From the NCBI GenBank assembly GCA_016931155.1, contig JAFGFJ010000005.1:1547-65546 (forward strand): 64,000 nucleotides of DNA, read 5' to 3'. The stretch comes from Candidatus Dojkabacteria bacterium. GTDB lineage: Bacteria; Patescibacteriota; Dojkabacteria; B142; JAFGFJ01. Every line of letters starts with the position of its first letter. Position 1 is the stretch's first letter. The notes under the pieces were generated by a model, which was not told the origin of the DNA, did no database searches, and saw only the letters and a program-made list of their open reading frames with translations. This document shows, piece by piece, positions 9,457 through 18,120 of the stretch. The position numbers were made by a program, and so were the translations under genes.

Positions 9457-10377
9457 ATGTTTATGATGAAAATTGGCTTTGCAGGTCTCGGTAAAATGGG
9501 AAAAAACATGGCTTTGGCTTTAATGAGAAATGGTATCGAGGTCGTCGGGTATAATCGTTCTTCTGAGGTCACAAAAATGCTTATTAATAAAGGTATTATC
9601 CCTTCTTATTCTCTTGAAGAGCTTGTTTGCAAACTTGGAACAAACAGAAAAATTGTTTGGGTTATGGTATCCGAAGGAAAGCCCGTTAAAGAAGTTCTTT
9701 TTAATGAAAAAACCGGCCTGATAAATTTTCTTGAAAAGGGAGATATCGTGGTTGATGGGGGAAATTCTTTCTATGAAGACAGTATTGAAAATGCCGGGAA
9801 ACTCTCTGAAAAAGGAATTGTAATGCTCGATTGCGGTACCAGCGGTGGTCCCAAGGGGGCTTTAAACGGGCTTTCCTTAATGATAGGAGGAAGTAAAACA
9901 GCCTATAGCGAGCTCAAAGAGCTATGGGAGTCCCTGGCAGTAGAGGGTGGATATGGTCATGTTGGAGGAAGTGGTGCCGGTCACTTCGTCAAAATGGTTC
10001 ACAATGCTATCGAATATGGTTTCATGGAGGCTTTAGGTGAGGGTTTTGGTCTGCTGAAAGAATACAACGAAAAACTCGATCTTGAAAAAATAGCAAATAT
10101 CTGGTCAAACGGAAGCGTGATTGAGTCGAAACTTGTAAGACTTGCCGCTCTTGCCCTCTCGGATGAATCAAGTATATCTGAGCTGGATGCATATATTGAT
10201 GACAACAAAGAGGTTCGCTGGGCCCTTAAGGAAGCTATTACAAAAGAAATACCAATGACCGCTATAGCCTATTCACTTTTTGCACGCTACGACTCAAGAG
10301 GAAGAGATGCATTCGGTAAAAAACTGATTGCTGCCCTCCGAAAGGAATTTGGTGGTCACTCAGTTAGAAAACGATGA
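9457..10377 (+). CDS. gnd: 6-phosphogluconate dehydrogenase (decarboxylating, short YqeC-type)
   Basis: GLGKMG Rossmann motif, DGGNS, DCGTSGG, GHFVKMVHNAIEYG, C-terminal FGGH. Confidence 0.95.
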   Translation: MFMMKIGFAGLGKMGKNMALALMRNGIEVVGYNRSSEVTKMLINKGIIPSYSLEELVCKLGTNRKIVWVMVSEGKPVKEVLFNEKTGLINFLEKGDIVVDGGNSFYEDSIENAGKLSEKGIVMLDCGTSGGPKGALNGLSLMIGGSKTAYSELKELWESLAVEGGYGHVGGSGAGHFVKMVHNAIEYGFMEALGEGFGLLKEYNEKLDLEKIANIWSNGSVIESKLVRLAALALSDESSISELDAYIDDNKEVRWALKEAITKEIPMTAIAYSLFARYDSRGRDAFGKKLIAALRKEFGGHSVRKR

Positions 10378-10485
10378 GGAACATCTGTAAATTTTTTGGG
10401 ATCCATCAATAATGTGTAGACGCTTTGTCGATTTTTTATATTGGATCACTTAAACTACCTGATAATAGCGATTTGTGTAGGAATA

Positions 10486-10992
10486 TTATAAATCCTCATT
10501 GACCAAGATGGTTTGAATAGTCTCAAGAATAACTATCTCTTCTGCTTTTGTAAATCTGTTTAGAACATAATCTTTTCCTGCGATTTTGTGCTCTCTGTTC
10601 TCTATTCCAAGCCTGAGCCTCCAGAATTCTGTTGTTTCCAGACTGTTTTCGACCGAGGCGATACCGTTGTGAACCTTTGGTCCTTTGTCTTTTTGCAGTT
10701 TATAATTCCCGAGGGGAATATCGAGGTCGTCATGAGCTACGACGATGCTTTCGGGACTGATTTTGTAGAAGTCCGCAATTTTTCTCACAGCGTTTCCCGA
10801 TTCATTCATAAAGGTTAAGGGCTTGCATACTACTAAATCTCCAAATTTAATGAATTCGTAGTTGTCCTTTTTCCTCCATTTCTTTCTTGCGTCTTTCTGT
10901 CTGGTAAAGTCTTCAATAAACATAAAACCGACATTATGACGGGTTTTTTCATACTCTTTTCCTGGATTTCCAAGTCCGACTATTAGTTTCAT
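10486..10992 (-). CDS. pth: Peptidyl-tRNA hydrolase
   Basis: LIVGLGNPG..Y..TRHNVG, FMNESG, HDDLD, HNG motifs. Confidence 0.96.
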   Translation of the reverse strand: MKLIVGLGNPGKEYEKTRHNVGFMFIEDFTRQKDARKKWRKKDNYEFIKFGDLVVCKPLTFMNESGNAVRKIADFYKISPESIVVAHDDLDIPLGNYKLQKDKGPKVHNGIASVENSLETTEFWRLRLGIENREHKIAGKDYVLNRFTKAEEIVILETIQTILVNEDL

Positions 10993-10998
10993 ATAATT

Positions 10999-11196
10999 TT
11001 ATTTACAAAAAATGTTCCTCATAGGGGTCAACTTATGAAGTCTTGCATTTAGCTTCTTTCTGAATTCAAAGACTTTACCACCGAAATCATCTGCCTTAAA
11101 TGGTCTGACTTTGTACTTCTTGAGATCAATCTCCATAGGGAGTTCCTGTGCTTTAGTCAACCGAAGTGAGTCATTAATTTCAATATAAGCTCGCAT
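10999..11196 (-). CDS. Small hypothetical protein, possibly a truncated remnant
   Basis: 65 aa ORF co-oriented and tightly packed between gatA and pth; IEIND.L.LT..Q..P start resembles, from memory, a longer uncharacterised family. Confidence 0.5.
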   Translation of the reverse strand: MRAYIEINDSLRLTKAQELPMEIDLKKYKVRPFKADDFGGKVFEFRKKLNARLHKLTPMRNIFCK

Positions 11197-11203
11197 TTTG
11201 AAT

Positions 11204-12685
11204 TTATAAATCTAATTCCGGCATTTTCTCGTGCCAGTCTGTTTTCCCTTGATAAGAATGAGCGAGTTTCAATATTAACTCCTCGCTAAACTGTGGACCA
11301 AGAATTTGGACACCGACAGGCAAATGCTTTTTCCCTTCCTCATCTTTTATGTGTGCGGCAGGAAAAGATACTCCCGGAATACCTGCAATATTTGCTGTAA
11401 CTGTAAAAACGTCAGCAAGATACATTGCAAGTGGATCGTCTGCTTTTTCCCCAATCTCAAATGGAAGCGTTGGGCTTACTGGCGTGAGTACAACGTCGAC
11501 CTCACTAAATACCTTTTCGAAATCTTTTCTGACCAGCGTTCTTACCTTCATTGCTTTTTTATAATAGGCGTCGTAATAGCCTGCCGAAAGAGTGTAAGTC
11601 CCAAGCATGATCCTTCTTTTTACTTCCGGTTCAAAAAATTCCATTCTGCTCTCCAGAAGCCTTTCTGCATATCCCTCCCCTTTTTCCATTCCGAATCTCA
11701 AGGAATCGTATCTGGCCATATTGGAGCTGATTTCTGATGGTACAATAATGTAGTAAACTGCTAAAGCATATTTTGTGTAGGGAAGTGAAACCTTTCTAAT
11801 CTCAGCTCCGAGTGATCTAAAAAATTCAGCAGTTTCAATTGTTGCCTTTTCTATATTCTTATCAAGTCCTTCAATAAAATATTCCTTCGGAAGTCCGATT
11901 TTTATTTTACTAAAATCAACTTTTTTGGAAAGTTCTTTGAAATAATCCGGAGTTGAACGTTGCGAGCTCGTTGAATCTTTTTCATCATTCCCGGACATAA
12001 TGCTCTCAACAATAGCTGTATCCTCCATACTTTTAGCTAGAACTCCAGGAGTATCAAGAGATGAGCCCATGGCGAAAAGTCCGTACCTGGAGTTTCTTCC
12101 ATATGTGACTTTGAGTCCCGAAACACCGCAAAATGCCGCTGGTTGTCTTATAGAGCCTCCGGTATCTGACCCGATTGAGTAGTACCCCACTCTTGCCGCA
12201 ACCACTGCGGCTGAGCCTCCTGACGATCCACCAGGTACTCTTTTTCTGTCCCACGGATTTCTAACCGGGCCGTATCCCGAGTTTTCGTTTGAAGCTCCAA
12301 ATGCGAAAGGGTCACAGTTTGTCTTTCCGATCATTACTGCGCCTGCATCAAACAATTTTTGAATTACAGTAGCAGTGTATACCGGAATGTAATTATCAAG
12401 AGCTTTTGAACCAGCGGTGGTCCGTATACCTTTTGTTGAAAACACGTCTTTTACACTGAAAGGAATACCGGTGAGAATTGTGATATTTTTCCCACTTTTT
12501 ATTCTTTTGTCAGCTTCCTCAGCCTGTTTTACAGCAAACTCGTTGGTAATTGTTGTGAAAGCATTGTGTGTTTTATTAAATTTCTCTGCTCTTTCCAGAT
12601 GAAACTTGCAAAGCTCGACAGCAGAAATTTCTCCTGCTATGAGCTTTTCATGAACTTCTTTTATTGATAATTTTTCAAGATTCAT
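11204..12685 (-). CDS. gatA: Asp-tRNA(Asn)/Glu-tRNA(Gln) amidotransferase subunit A
   Basis: Amidase signature KD..., GGSSGGSA, GSDTGGSIRQPA, EVKRRIMLG. Confidence 0.97.
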   Translation of the reverse strand: MNLEKLSIKEVHEKLIAGEISAVELCKFHLERAEKFNKTHNAFTTITNEFAVKQAEEADKRIKSGKNITILTGIPFSVKDVFSTKGIRTTAGSKALDNYIPVYTATVIQKLFDAGAVMIGKTNCDPFAFGASNENSGYGPVRNPWDRKRVPGGSSGGSAAVVAARVGYYSIGSDTGGSIRQPAAFCGVSGLKVTYGRNSRYGLFAMGSSLDTPGVLAKSMEDTAIVESIMSGNDEKDSTSSQRSTPDYFKELSKKVDFSKIKIGLPKEYFIEGLDKNIEKATIETAEFFRSLGAEIRKVSLPYTKYALAVYYIIVPSEISSNMARYDSLRFGMEKGEGYAERLLESRMEFFEPEVKRRIMLGTYTLSAGYYDAYYKKAMKVRTLVRKDFEKVFSEVDVVLTPVSPTLPFEIGEKADDPLAMYLADVFTVTANIAGIPGVSFPAAHIKDEEGKKHLPVGVQILGPQFSEELILKLAHSYQGKTDWHEKMPELDL

Positions 12686-12726
12686 TTTTCCGTCTTAGTA
12701 CGTTTTTAATGTTTATATTTTTAATT

Positions 12727-12829
12727 TTCTCTTTCCAATCTTATATATTTTCAGTCTTTATGTTTTCAGTCTTCTCTTTCCAATCTTATATATTTTCAGT
12801 CTTATTTTTTCAGTCTTCACTTTCCATCT
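12727..12829 (+). repeat. About 45-bp tandem repeat, ~2.3 copies, between gatC and gatA
   Basis: TTCTCTTTCCAATCTTATATATTTTCAGTCTT at 12727 and 12772, partial third copy at ~12816; internal TTTTCAGTCTT subrepeat. Confidence 0.85.
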
Positions 12830-12835
12830 ATTAAT

Positions 12836-13117
12836 TTATTTTTTTGTCACAAAATAACCCCTCGCCTTATTTTTAGTATTTGAAAGAGCCTCACTCTGCG
12901 GTAAGGATGAACTGTCTATATCTTTTCTTTTTCTATTTGAAATATCTGTTACCTGTGAAGTCTCTTTCACATCTGAAGTGTCGATCTCGTTCAGGATATC
13001 TACGTAACTCAGAATAGAATTCAGTTCTTTTTCATATTTCTCAATGTCATTTTTGCTGAGTTTGATGTGCGCAAGGAAAGCTGTATGTTTTATATCTTCT
13101 TGAGTGAGTTTTTTCAT
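12836..13117 (-). CDS. gatC: Asp-tRNA(Asn)/Glu-tRNA(Gln) amidotransferase subunit C
   Basis: MKKLTQEDIKH.A.LA.I.L...E....L..IL.YV..L.E.DT pattern; upstream of gatA; ATG 13117 chosen as start. Confidence 0.9.
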   Translation of the reverse strand: MKKLTQEDIKHTAFLAHIKLSKNDIEKYEKELNSILSYVDILNEIDTSDVKETSQVTDISNRKRKDIDSSSLPQSEALSNTKNKARGYFVTKK

Positions 13118-13158
13118 TATTGATCTGTATAACAAGAATGCGATGGATCATTATTAGA

Positions 13159-13258
13159 AATCAACAACTAGCAACAATCAATCATTAATCAACAACTAGC
13201 AACAATCAATCATTAATCAACAACCAGCAACAATCAATCATTAATCAACAACCAGCAA
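13159..13258 (+). repeat. 28-bp tandem repeat, ~3.6 copies
   Basis: Unit AATCAACAACYAGCAACAATCAATCATT at 13159, 13187, 13215 and partial at 13243; no spacers. Confidence 0.92.
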
Positions 13259-13452
13259 TGTGTCACATCCAGCTTCGTAAGAGTATAACCTATATTTACA
13301 GAAAAGTAGAAGTGCTCAAAGAAGTCTCTCGAGGCATTCATATAGAAAGGACTTTTACATCATTCACTCTACGATCACAAGCATACAGAAAACAATATCC
13401 GTAAATATTCAGTAGAACTCATGTGAAGACTAATAAAGTATGATCTTTGAAA

Positions 13453-13746
13453 TTATTGCTTGGAAGTTTCTTTCTTTGCTGCTTTTCCGGGAAGAATGTC
13501 AACTGCTTTTTTACCTCTTTTTACCCCAGTCATATTTCTAAAAAAAACAACACCATCTGTTTTAGCAAACAAAGTGTAATCTTTGCCCAAACCTGTGTTT
13601 TTACCTGCCATAAATTTTGTTCCTTTTTGTCTGACGATGATTTCTCCAGCATTAACTGTCTCTCCGCTAAAACGTTTAACCCCCAACCTTTTTCCTGCTA
13701 CATTTACTGTTCTTTTTGCCGCTCCCTGTGATTTTGTATGTGCCAT
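13453..13746 (-). CDS. rpmA: 50S ribosomal protein L27
   Basis: MAHTK..., [24 protein letters not shown]. Confidence 0.97.
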   Translation of the reverse strand: MAHTKSQGAAKRTVNVAGKRLGVKRFSGETVNAGEIIVRQKGTKFMAGKNTGLGKDYTLFAKTDGVVFFRNMTGVKRGKKAVDILPGKAAKKETSKQ

Positions 13747-13755
13747 AATGAAATA

Positions 13756-14076
13756 TTAGATCTTAGTAATCTTAATTTTTGTTAATAGTGCTCTGTTTCC
13801 AACTACCCTTCTCGTTCTGGCTTTTGCTTTATATGTTCTTGTTGTAACTTTCTCTCCTTTTGTTTGTTCTAAAATCTCTGCTTCTACTACCTCTCCTTTC
13901 ACAGTTGGCTTTCCCACCTGAATTTCCCCTCCCTTACTACTAAGAAGAACCTCGTCAAATTTGAGTTTATCCTTTTCCTTTCCATCGATTTTGTTCACAA
14001 GAATCTCCTGACCTATGGAGACTTTTTCCTGAGAATTTTTTATTTTTACTATTACAAAGTCTTTCTTTTCTTTCAT
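13756..14076 (-). CDS. rplU: 50S ribosomal protein L21
   Basis: Q.KV..G, VGKP.V.G..V.AEI, T.IKIT.I; adjacent to rpmA. Confidence 0.93.
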   Translation of the reverse strand: MKEKKDFVIVKIKNSQEKVSIGQEILVNKIDGKEKDKLKFDEVLLSSKGGEIQVGKPTVKGEVVEAEILEQTKGEKVTTRTYKAKARTRRVVGNRALLTKIKITKI

Positions 14077-14133
14077 TAACCGAGTGTAAAATAACTTTTC
14101 AAAAAGGTTGTTATATCTGGAAAACCATGGGGA

Positions 14134-15591
14134 TTACTCTCTCCAAGGCGCTTCTGATACTACCATTAAGTGCTCGCTACTGTCAACGGCGCTTGTGCTT
14201 GTAGCTATGCTCTGAACAATCCCAAGAGCGATCAGATTAACAAGCACAGAACTTCCTCCGTAACTTACGAGAGGTAGAGGAATGCCAGTGACGGGAAGTT
14301 TTCCGAGATTCATTCCAATATTTATAAAAATGTGCAGTATCAGCATTGTAGCTACTCCGATACAAGCAGTTGTTCCAAAACTGTCCTTTGTGTGTGTAGC
14401 AACCCACAAAACTCTTGAAACCAAAATTGCAAACAACAGAAGTACAAAAGAACAGCCAACAAGTCCGAACTGCTCGCCAAGGGCAGCAAATATGAAATCT
14501 GTATGTGCAAAAGGTAGGAATCTCAATCTACTCTGTGTACCCTGTAAGAAACCCCTACCCCAAAGTCTGCCGGAGCCAATTGCAATCTTAGACTGGTTTA
14601 CCTGCCAACCCGAACCTTGCACATCTTTTTCAGGATTAAAAAATGTCTCGATCCTCTGTCTCTGGTATTCGGTTAGAACTTTGTTATTAAATTCATTTAC
14701 AGCAGGAACAACAAGTAATGAAATAGTCAGGCACAAAGGGACTAAAAAAATCTTGAGTCGGGTAAAGGATAAAAGGAAAGCTACAGAAAGCAAAGATATT
14801 ATAATGATGCCAAGGTCATATCCGTTTACAATCAAATTGATGCCAATTGTCTGATATAGTTCCTGGAAAGTGAAAAGTTTCCAAATAGCTGTAGTAGAAA
14901 GCAATGTAATTATCAGGAAAGCAAAAATTTTGGATTGTCCTGGAATAACGGCGAAAATAAGTGATATCCATATTAAAAAGACAATCACTGAACTTCCAAA
15001 TGCCGGTTGTATAAAAATCAGATAGATTATTGGTATGGTAAGAACAAGACTTATCAGTATTTTTCCGGCTATCCCGTCTTTGTTGAGTTCTTTAAAAAAA
15101 TTACTAATGTTAAGTTTTGTCTTCTTTATGTAGATTCCTTTTGTTTTTGATTTTTTTTCTGTATCCCATTTTATTACTCCGCCAATTTTTTGTTTATCTG
15201 AACCTATGAAAATACCTGCCGTCAGGATTATTATCACGAGTTTTGAAAATTCGGATGGTTGAATATTTATAAAGCCAATATTTATCCAGCGCCTGGCATT
15301 GTTTACCGGATCAGTGAATAGTACAAATATAAGAAGAGCAATAATTAAGATGTACAATAATAATTGAACCTTTCTGATTTTCAGCCATGAAAAGTCAAAA
15401 GATACGAGTAGAAAGTATATTCCAAGTCCAAGAATAATAAAGGCAAGTTGTTTTGTAAGAGAACCTGCTCCTTCCGGGATAGTCTTCGCATTGAATGTGG
15501 TCGAATAAATCAGGATAGTTCCAATTAAGAGAAGAAGCAGTGTTACGGCTGTCATGAGCCAATCCTGATTTTTAAACCTTAAAAAGTTCAT
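14134..15591 (-). CDS. rodA: Rod shape-determining SEDS protein RodA
   Basis: ARRWI...IQPSEFSK, YQ..RI, G.G+..G.QSRL.FLP..HTDFIF, LPVTGIPLPLVSYGGSS. Confidence 0.88.
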   Translation of the reverse strand: MNFLRFKNQDWLMTAVTLLLLLIGTILIYSTTFNAKTIPEGAGSLTKQLAFIILGLGIYFLLVSFDFSWLKIRKVQLLLYILIIALLIFVLFTDPVNNARRWINIGFINIQPSEFSKLVIIILTAGIFIGSDKQKIGGVIKWDTEKKSKTKGIYIKKTKLNISNFFKELNKDGIAGKILISLVLTIPIIYLIFIQPAFGSSVIVFLIWISLIFAVIPGQSKIFAFLIITLLSTTAIWKLFTFQELYQTIGINLIVNGYDLGIIIISLLSVAFLLSFTRLKIFLVPLCLTISLLVVPAVNEFNNKVLTEYQRQRIETFFNPEKDVQGSGWQVNQSKIAIGSGRLWGRGFLQGTQSRLRFLPFAHTDFIFAALGEQFGLVGCSFVLLLFAILVSRVLWVATHTKDSFGTTACIGVATMLILHIFINIGMNLGKLPVTGIPLPLVSYGGSSVLVNLIALGIVQSIATSTSAVDSSEHLMVVSEAPWRE

Positions 15592-15609
15592 TACATTTCT
15601 TTGAAAAAT

Positions 15610-16560
15610 TTATGAAGCAAATGATTGTAAATAGTATTCGGAAATAAGGTAAGTGAAGTATATCACCAAGAGAACTACGCCTTCCAGCCTGGAGAGTTCT
15701 TTTTTACTATGCATGAAGATGTTAAAAAGAACGAGGATTATGAGAAGGAACAAAAAGCTTAGTCTTATATCATAAATAGCTTCCAGGTACATGGGTCTAA
15801 TTATTGCTGCAACACCAATGACAAGGGCTGCATTCGTTACTACTCCTCCCATCAAGTCCCCCACTGCTATCTGCTTGTGGTTTTTGCTAATTGCAGCAAG
15901 ATTGAAAAACAATTCAGGAAAGGAAGTCCCGCTAGATATTAGTATGAGACCAACAAAGATAAGTGAAATGTCTAGGGTATCAGCGAAAACAATAGCTGAA
16001 TCCACCAGTGTGTAAGCTCCAATTATTAGTAGAGCTATGCATAATGCAGAAATTAGCATTTGGAGAACAAAATGTCCTGTTGTTTTGTGTTCGTTCTTAT
16101 ATTTAAATTGCTTGTTTTGTTTTATAACTGTGAATACATGCCAACCATAGATGACTAAAAGGATTATTCCATCTGCTCTTGAAATGCTTCCATCAGCACT
16201 AAGGAGCAAAAGCAATACTGTGATTATTGTCATATAAGTAACGTCGCTTCTTTTGAGAATATTACTTACCGGGATTCCTTTGGAAAGAATAGCAGTTATT
16301 CCCATAACGAAACTCAGGTTTACAATATTTGATCCAATTACTACCGTGTATGCCAGGCTTGACACTCCCTCAATTGCAGAAGTGATTCCGACAAACAGTT
16401 CTGGAAGGGATGTCGCCAGTGCCAGAAGTAAGAAGCTAACTGCAAATTCGCTGATTTTTAGATATTTACTTACCTTTACAAGCGATCTCACCAGGAGATT
16501 TGCCGCAACAACAAGCACCAGACAACTCAATATAATTTTAGCGATTACAAGTGAAATCAT
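15610..16560 (-). CDS. Cation:Ca2+ antiporter (CaCA/YrbG-like)
   Basis: Two alpha-repeats ATSLPEL...GSNIVN and GTSFPEL...GD..G..V.N; ~10 TM. Confidence 0.88.
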   Translation of the reverse strand: MISLVIAKIILSCLVLVVAANLLVRSLVKVSKYLKISEFAVSFLLLALATSLPELFVGITSAIEGVSSLAYTVVIGSNIVNLSFVMGITAILSKGIPVSNILKRSDVTYMTIITVLLLLLSADGSISRADGIILLVIYGWHVFTVIKQNKQFKYKNEHKTTGHFVLQMLISALCIALLIIGAYTLVDSAIVFADTLDISLIFVGLILISSGTSFPELFFNLAAISKNHKQIAVGDLMGGVVTNAALVIGVAAIIRPMYLEAIYDIRLSFLFLLIILVLFNIFMHSKKELSRLEGVVLLVIYFTYLISEYYLQSFAS

Positions 16561-16669
16561 GTCATCATAATTTAGCGTAAAAGAATACTTACGGCAAACG
16601 GTTTCCTTTGTTTGTATCCGTTATTCCCTATTTGTCTTGGTCAGTGAACATACTCAAAGCCAGAAAGTC

Positions 16670-17827
16670 TTAGAAAAACTTGCTGATGAAGTTCAGCCAT
16701 AAAGTAATAGTAAGAAATAATAAAGCTCCTATGCTCACTATAGACATAAGCCCGAAGCCAAGAAGAAAGATTAATCTGTTTTTATTATTGCCTACTCTTT
16801 CCCCTCTCAGAAAATTCAAAAGGGTTTTTATACTCCTTGACTTGAGTTTAGGCTCGTCCAGCAGGTCAATCAAAATATAATAACCGTCAAATTCAACAAA
16901 TGGAATTAGATTAATTGCAAAAGAAAAAAAGTTGACTGTTAACATCTGAAAAAGTAAGTACTGAAGCGATATGTCTCTGACAAAAACCGATATCATTGCA
17001 CAAATACCTCCAACAAATAAATTAGAAACAATACCTGCAGATGAAATTGCTATTCGTTGTTTCTTTGGCAGTGACCATGCATTAGTTGTATCGGCGTAAA
17101 ACACCGGGTAACCCAAAAAGAATAATACTCCGACTGAACGAATTGGGAGGTTGTATTTCTTTGCGGTCAAAGCATGAGCTGATTCATGGATGAATATTGA
17201 GATCATATTAATGATAAGTACTGTTAAAAAATTGTTGAGTAACGTATCCCCTGGATTGATGAATGTAATTTTGCAATTAGTTGAGCATAAAAATAATCCT
17301 GAAATAGCTATAGCAGCAACGGAGAGAAAAATTTGCCTATTAAAAATAAATTTTCTCAGTATTTTGTATAAGAAGGAATAAAATTTGTCGGCAGAGCCGA
17401 AATCAAGTTTGAATATAAGAACTCTAAATAATTTTCTAACGAATCCGGTTAATCTTTGGTCTGTTTTTTTTGTTCTTTTTTCTATCAAATTATAAATATC
17501 TTTTTCTACTGGCTCTATTAGTCCAATCGTAAGCCAATGTTTAATTAGCTTATCTATGTAGTCTGTGCCCAGTTTACTAAAGGTCTGGAAATATAGACTG
17601 TTGAGTTCTTTAATATCGATTCCAGCAGTAATAGACTCAAAAACAAAGGCTTCATGACTCTCAAGCAGTATGCTGTCTTCATTTTTTCTCAAAACAATAA
17701 GTGGGAATTTTTTTTCACCCGATTCTTTGGTCTCAGACTGGTTAATTATTAGCTCTACTTCACCAGCTAACCTGTATTTTTTCTGGATGTTTTCCAGATG
17801 TGATTCTATTATGTCTCGTGAGCTCAT
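16670..17827 (-). CDS. M50 (site-2) zinc metalloprotease with N-terminal PqqD/RRE-like domain
   Basis: HESAH (HExxH), FYADTT.AW, AG..SN, NLIPFVEFDGYY (NxxPxxxxDG); N-terminal ~100 aa beta-strands plus three helices ending GLIE, typical of RRE. Confidence 0.85.
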   Translation of the reverse strand: MSSRDIIESHLENIQKKYRLAGEVELIINQSETKESGEKKFPLIVLRKNEDSILLESHEAFVFESITAGIDIKELNSLYFQTFSKLGTDYIDKLIKHWLTIGLIEPVEKDIYNLIEKRTKKTDQRLTGFVRKLFRVLIFKLDFGSADKFYSFLYKILRKFIFNRQIFLSVAAIAISGLFLCSTNCKITFINPGDTLLNNFLTVLIINMISIFIHESAHALTAKKYNLPIRSVGVLFFLGYPVFYADTTNAWSLPKKQRIAISSAGIVSNLFVGGICAMISVFVRDISLQYLLFQMLTVNFFSFAINLIPFVEFDGYYILIDLLDEPKLKSRSIKTLLNFLRGERVGNNKNRLIFLLGFGLMSIVSIGALLFLTITLWLNFISKFF

Positions 17828-17828
17828 A

Positions 17829-18041
17829 CTACTCCAGTTCGGGGATGGTTATTGGTTTTGGTGTGGGATGGCATTTGCCACACCAGGAAGCGTCTTCAAC
17901 TATCATAGCTTTTGGAAAGTCATTGTCCTCATCGTAAGTACTAAGTATGTAGGGCTTGAAATGCCTGTGATTTTCGCAGATAATCCTTCCACAAAACTTA
18001 CAAATGAAGGATGCTTCTCTTTCGCACAGACTGCACTTCAT
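17829..18041 (-). CDS. Small Cys/His-rich zinc-finger protein
   Basis: CxxC-x7-CxxC-x4-CxxH ... CxxC in 70 aa; stop lies 1 nt before the protease start. Confidence 0.75.
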   Translation of the reverse strand: MKCSLCEREASFICKFCGRIICENHRHFKPYILSTYDEDNDFPKAMIVEDASWCGKCHPTPKPITIPELE

Positions 18042-18120
18042 ATTGATCTATTATATCAAATAGTATAATGTGTTCACGTTCCAATCATAAGGACTAATTT
18101 AGTTACCGTCAAGTAATAGT

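Noticed and set aside
13159-13258. 28-bp repeats as a CRISPR array
   Set aside because: Units are directly abutting with no unique spacers, and no cas genes are in the window.
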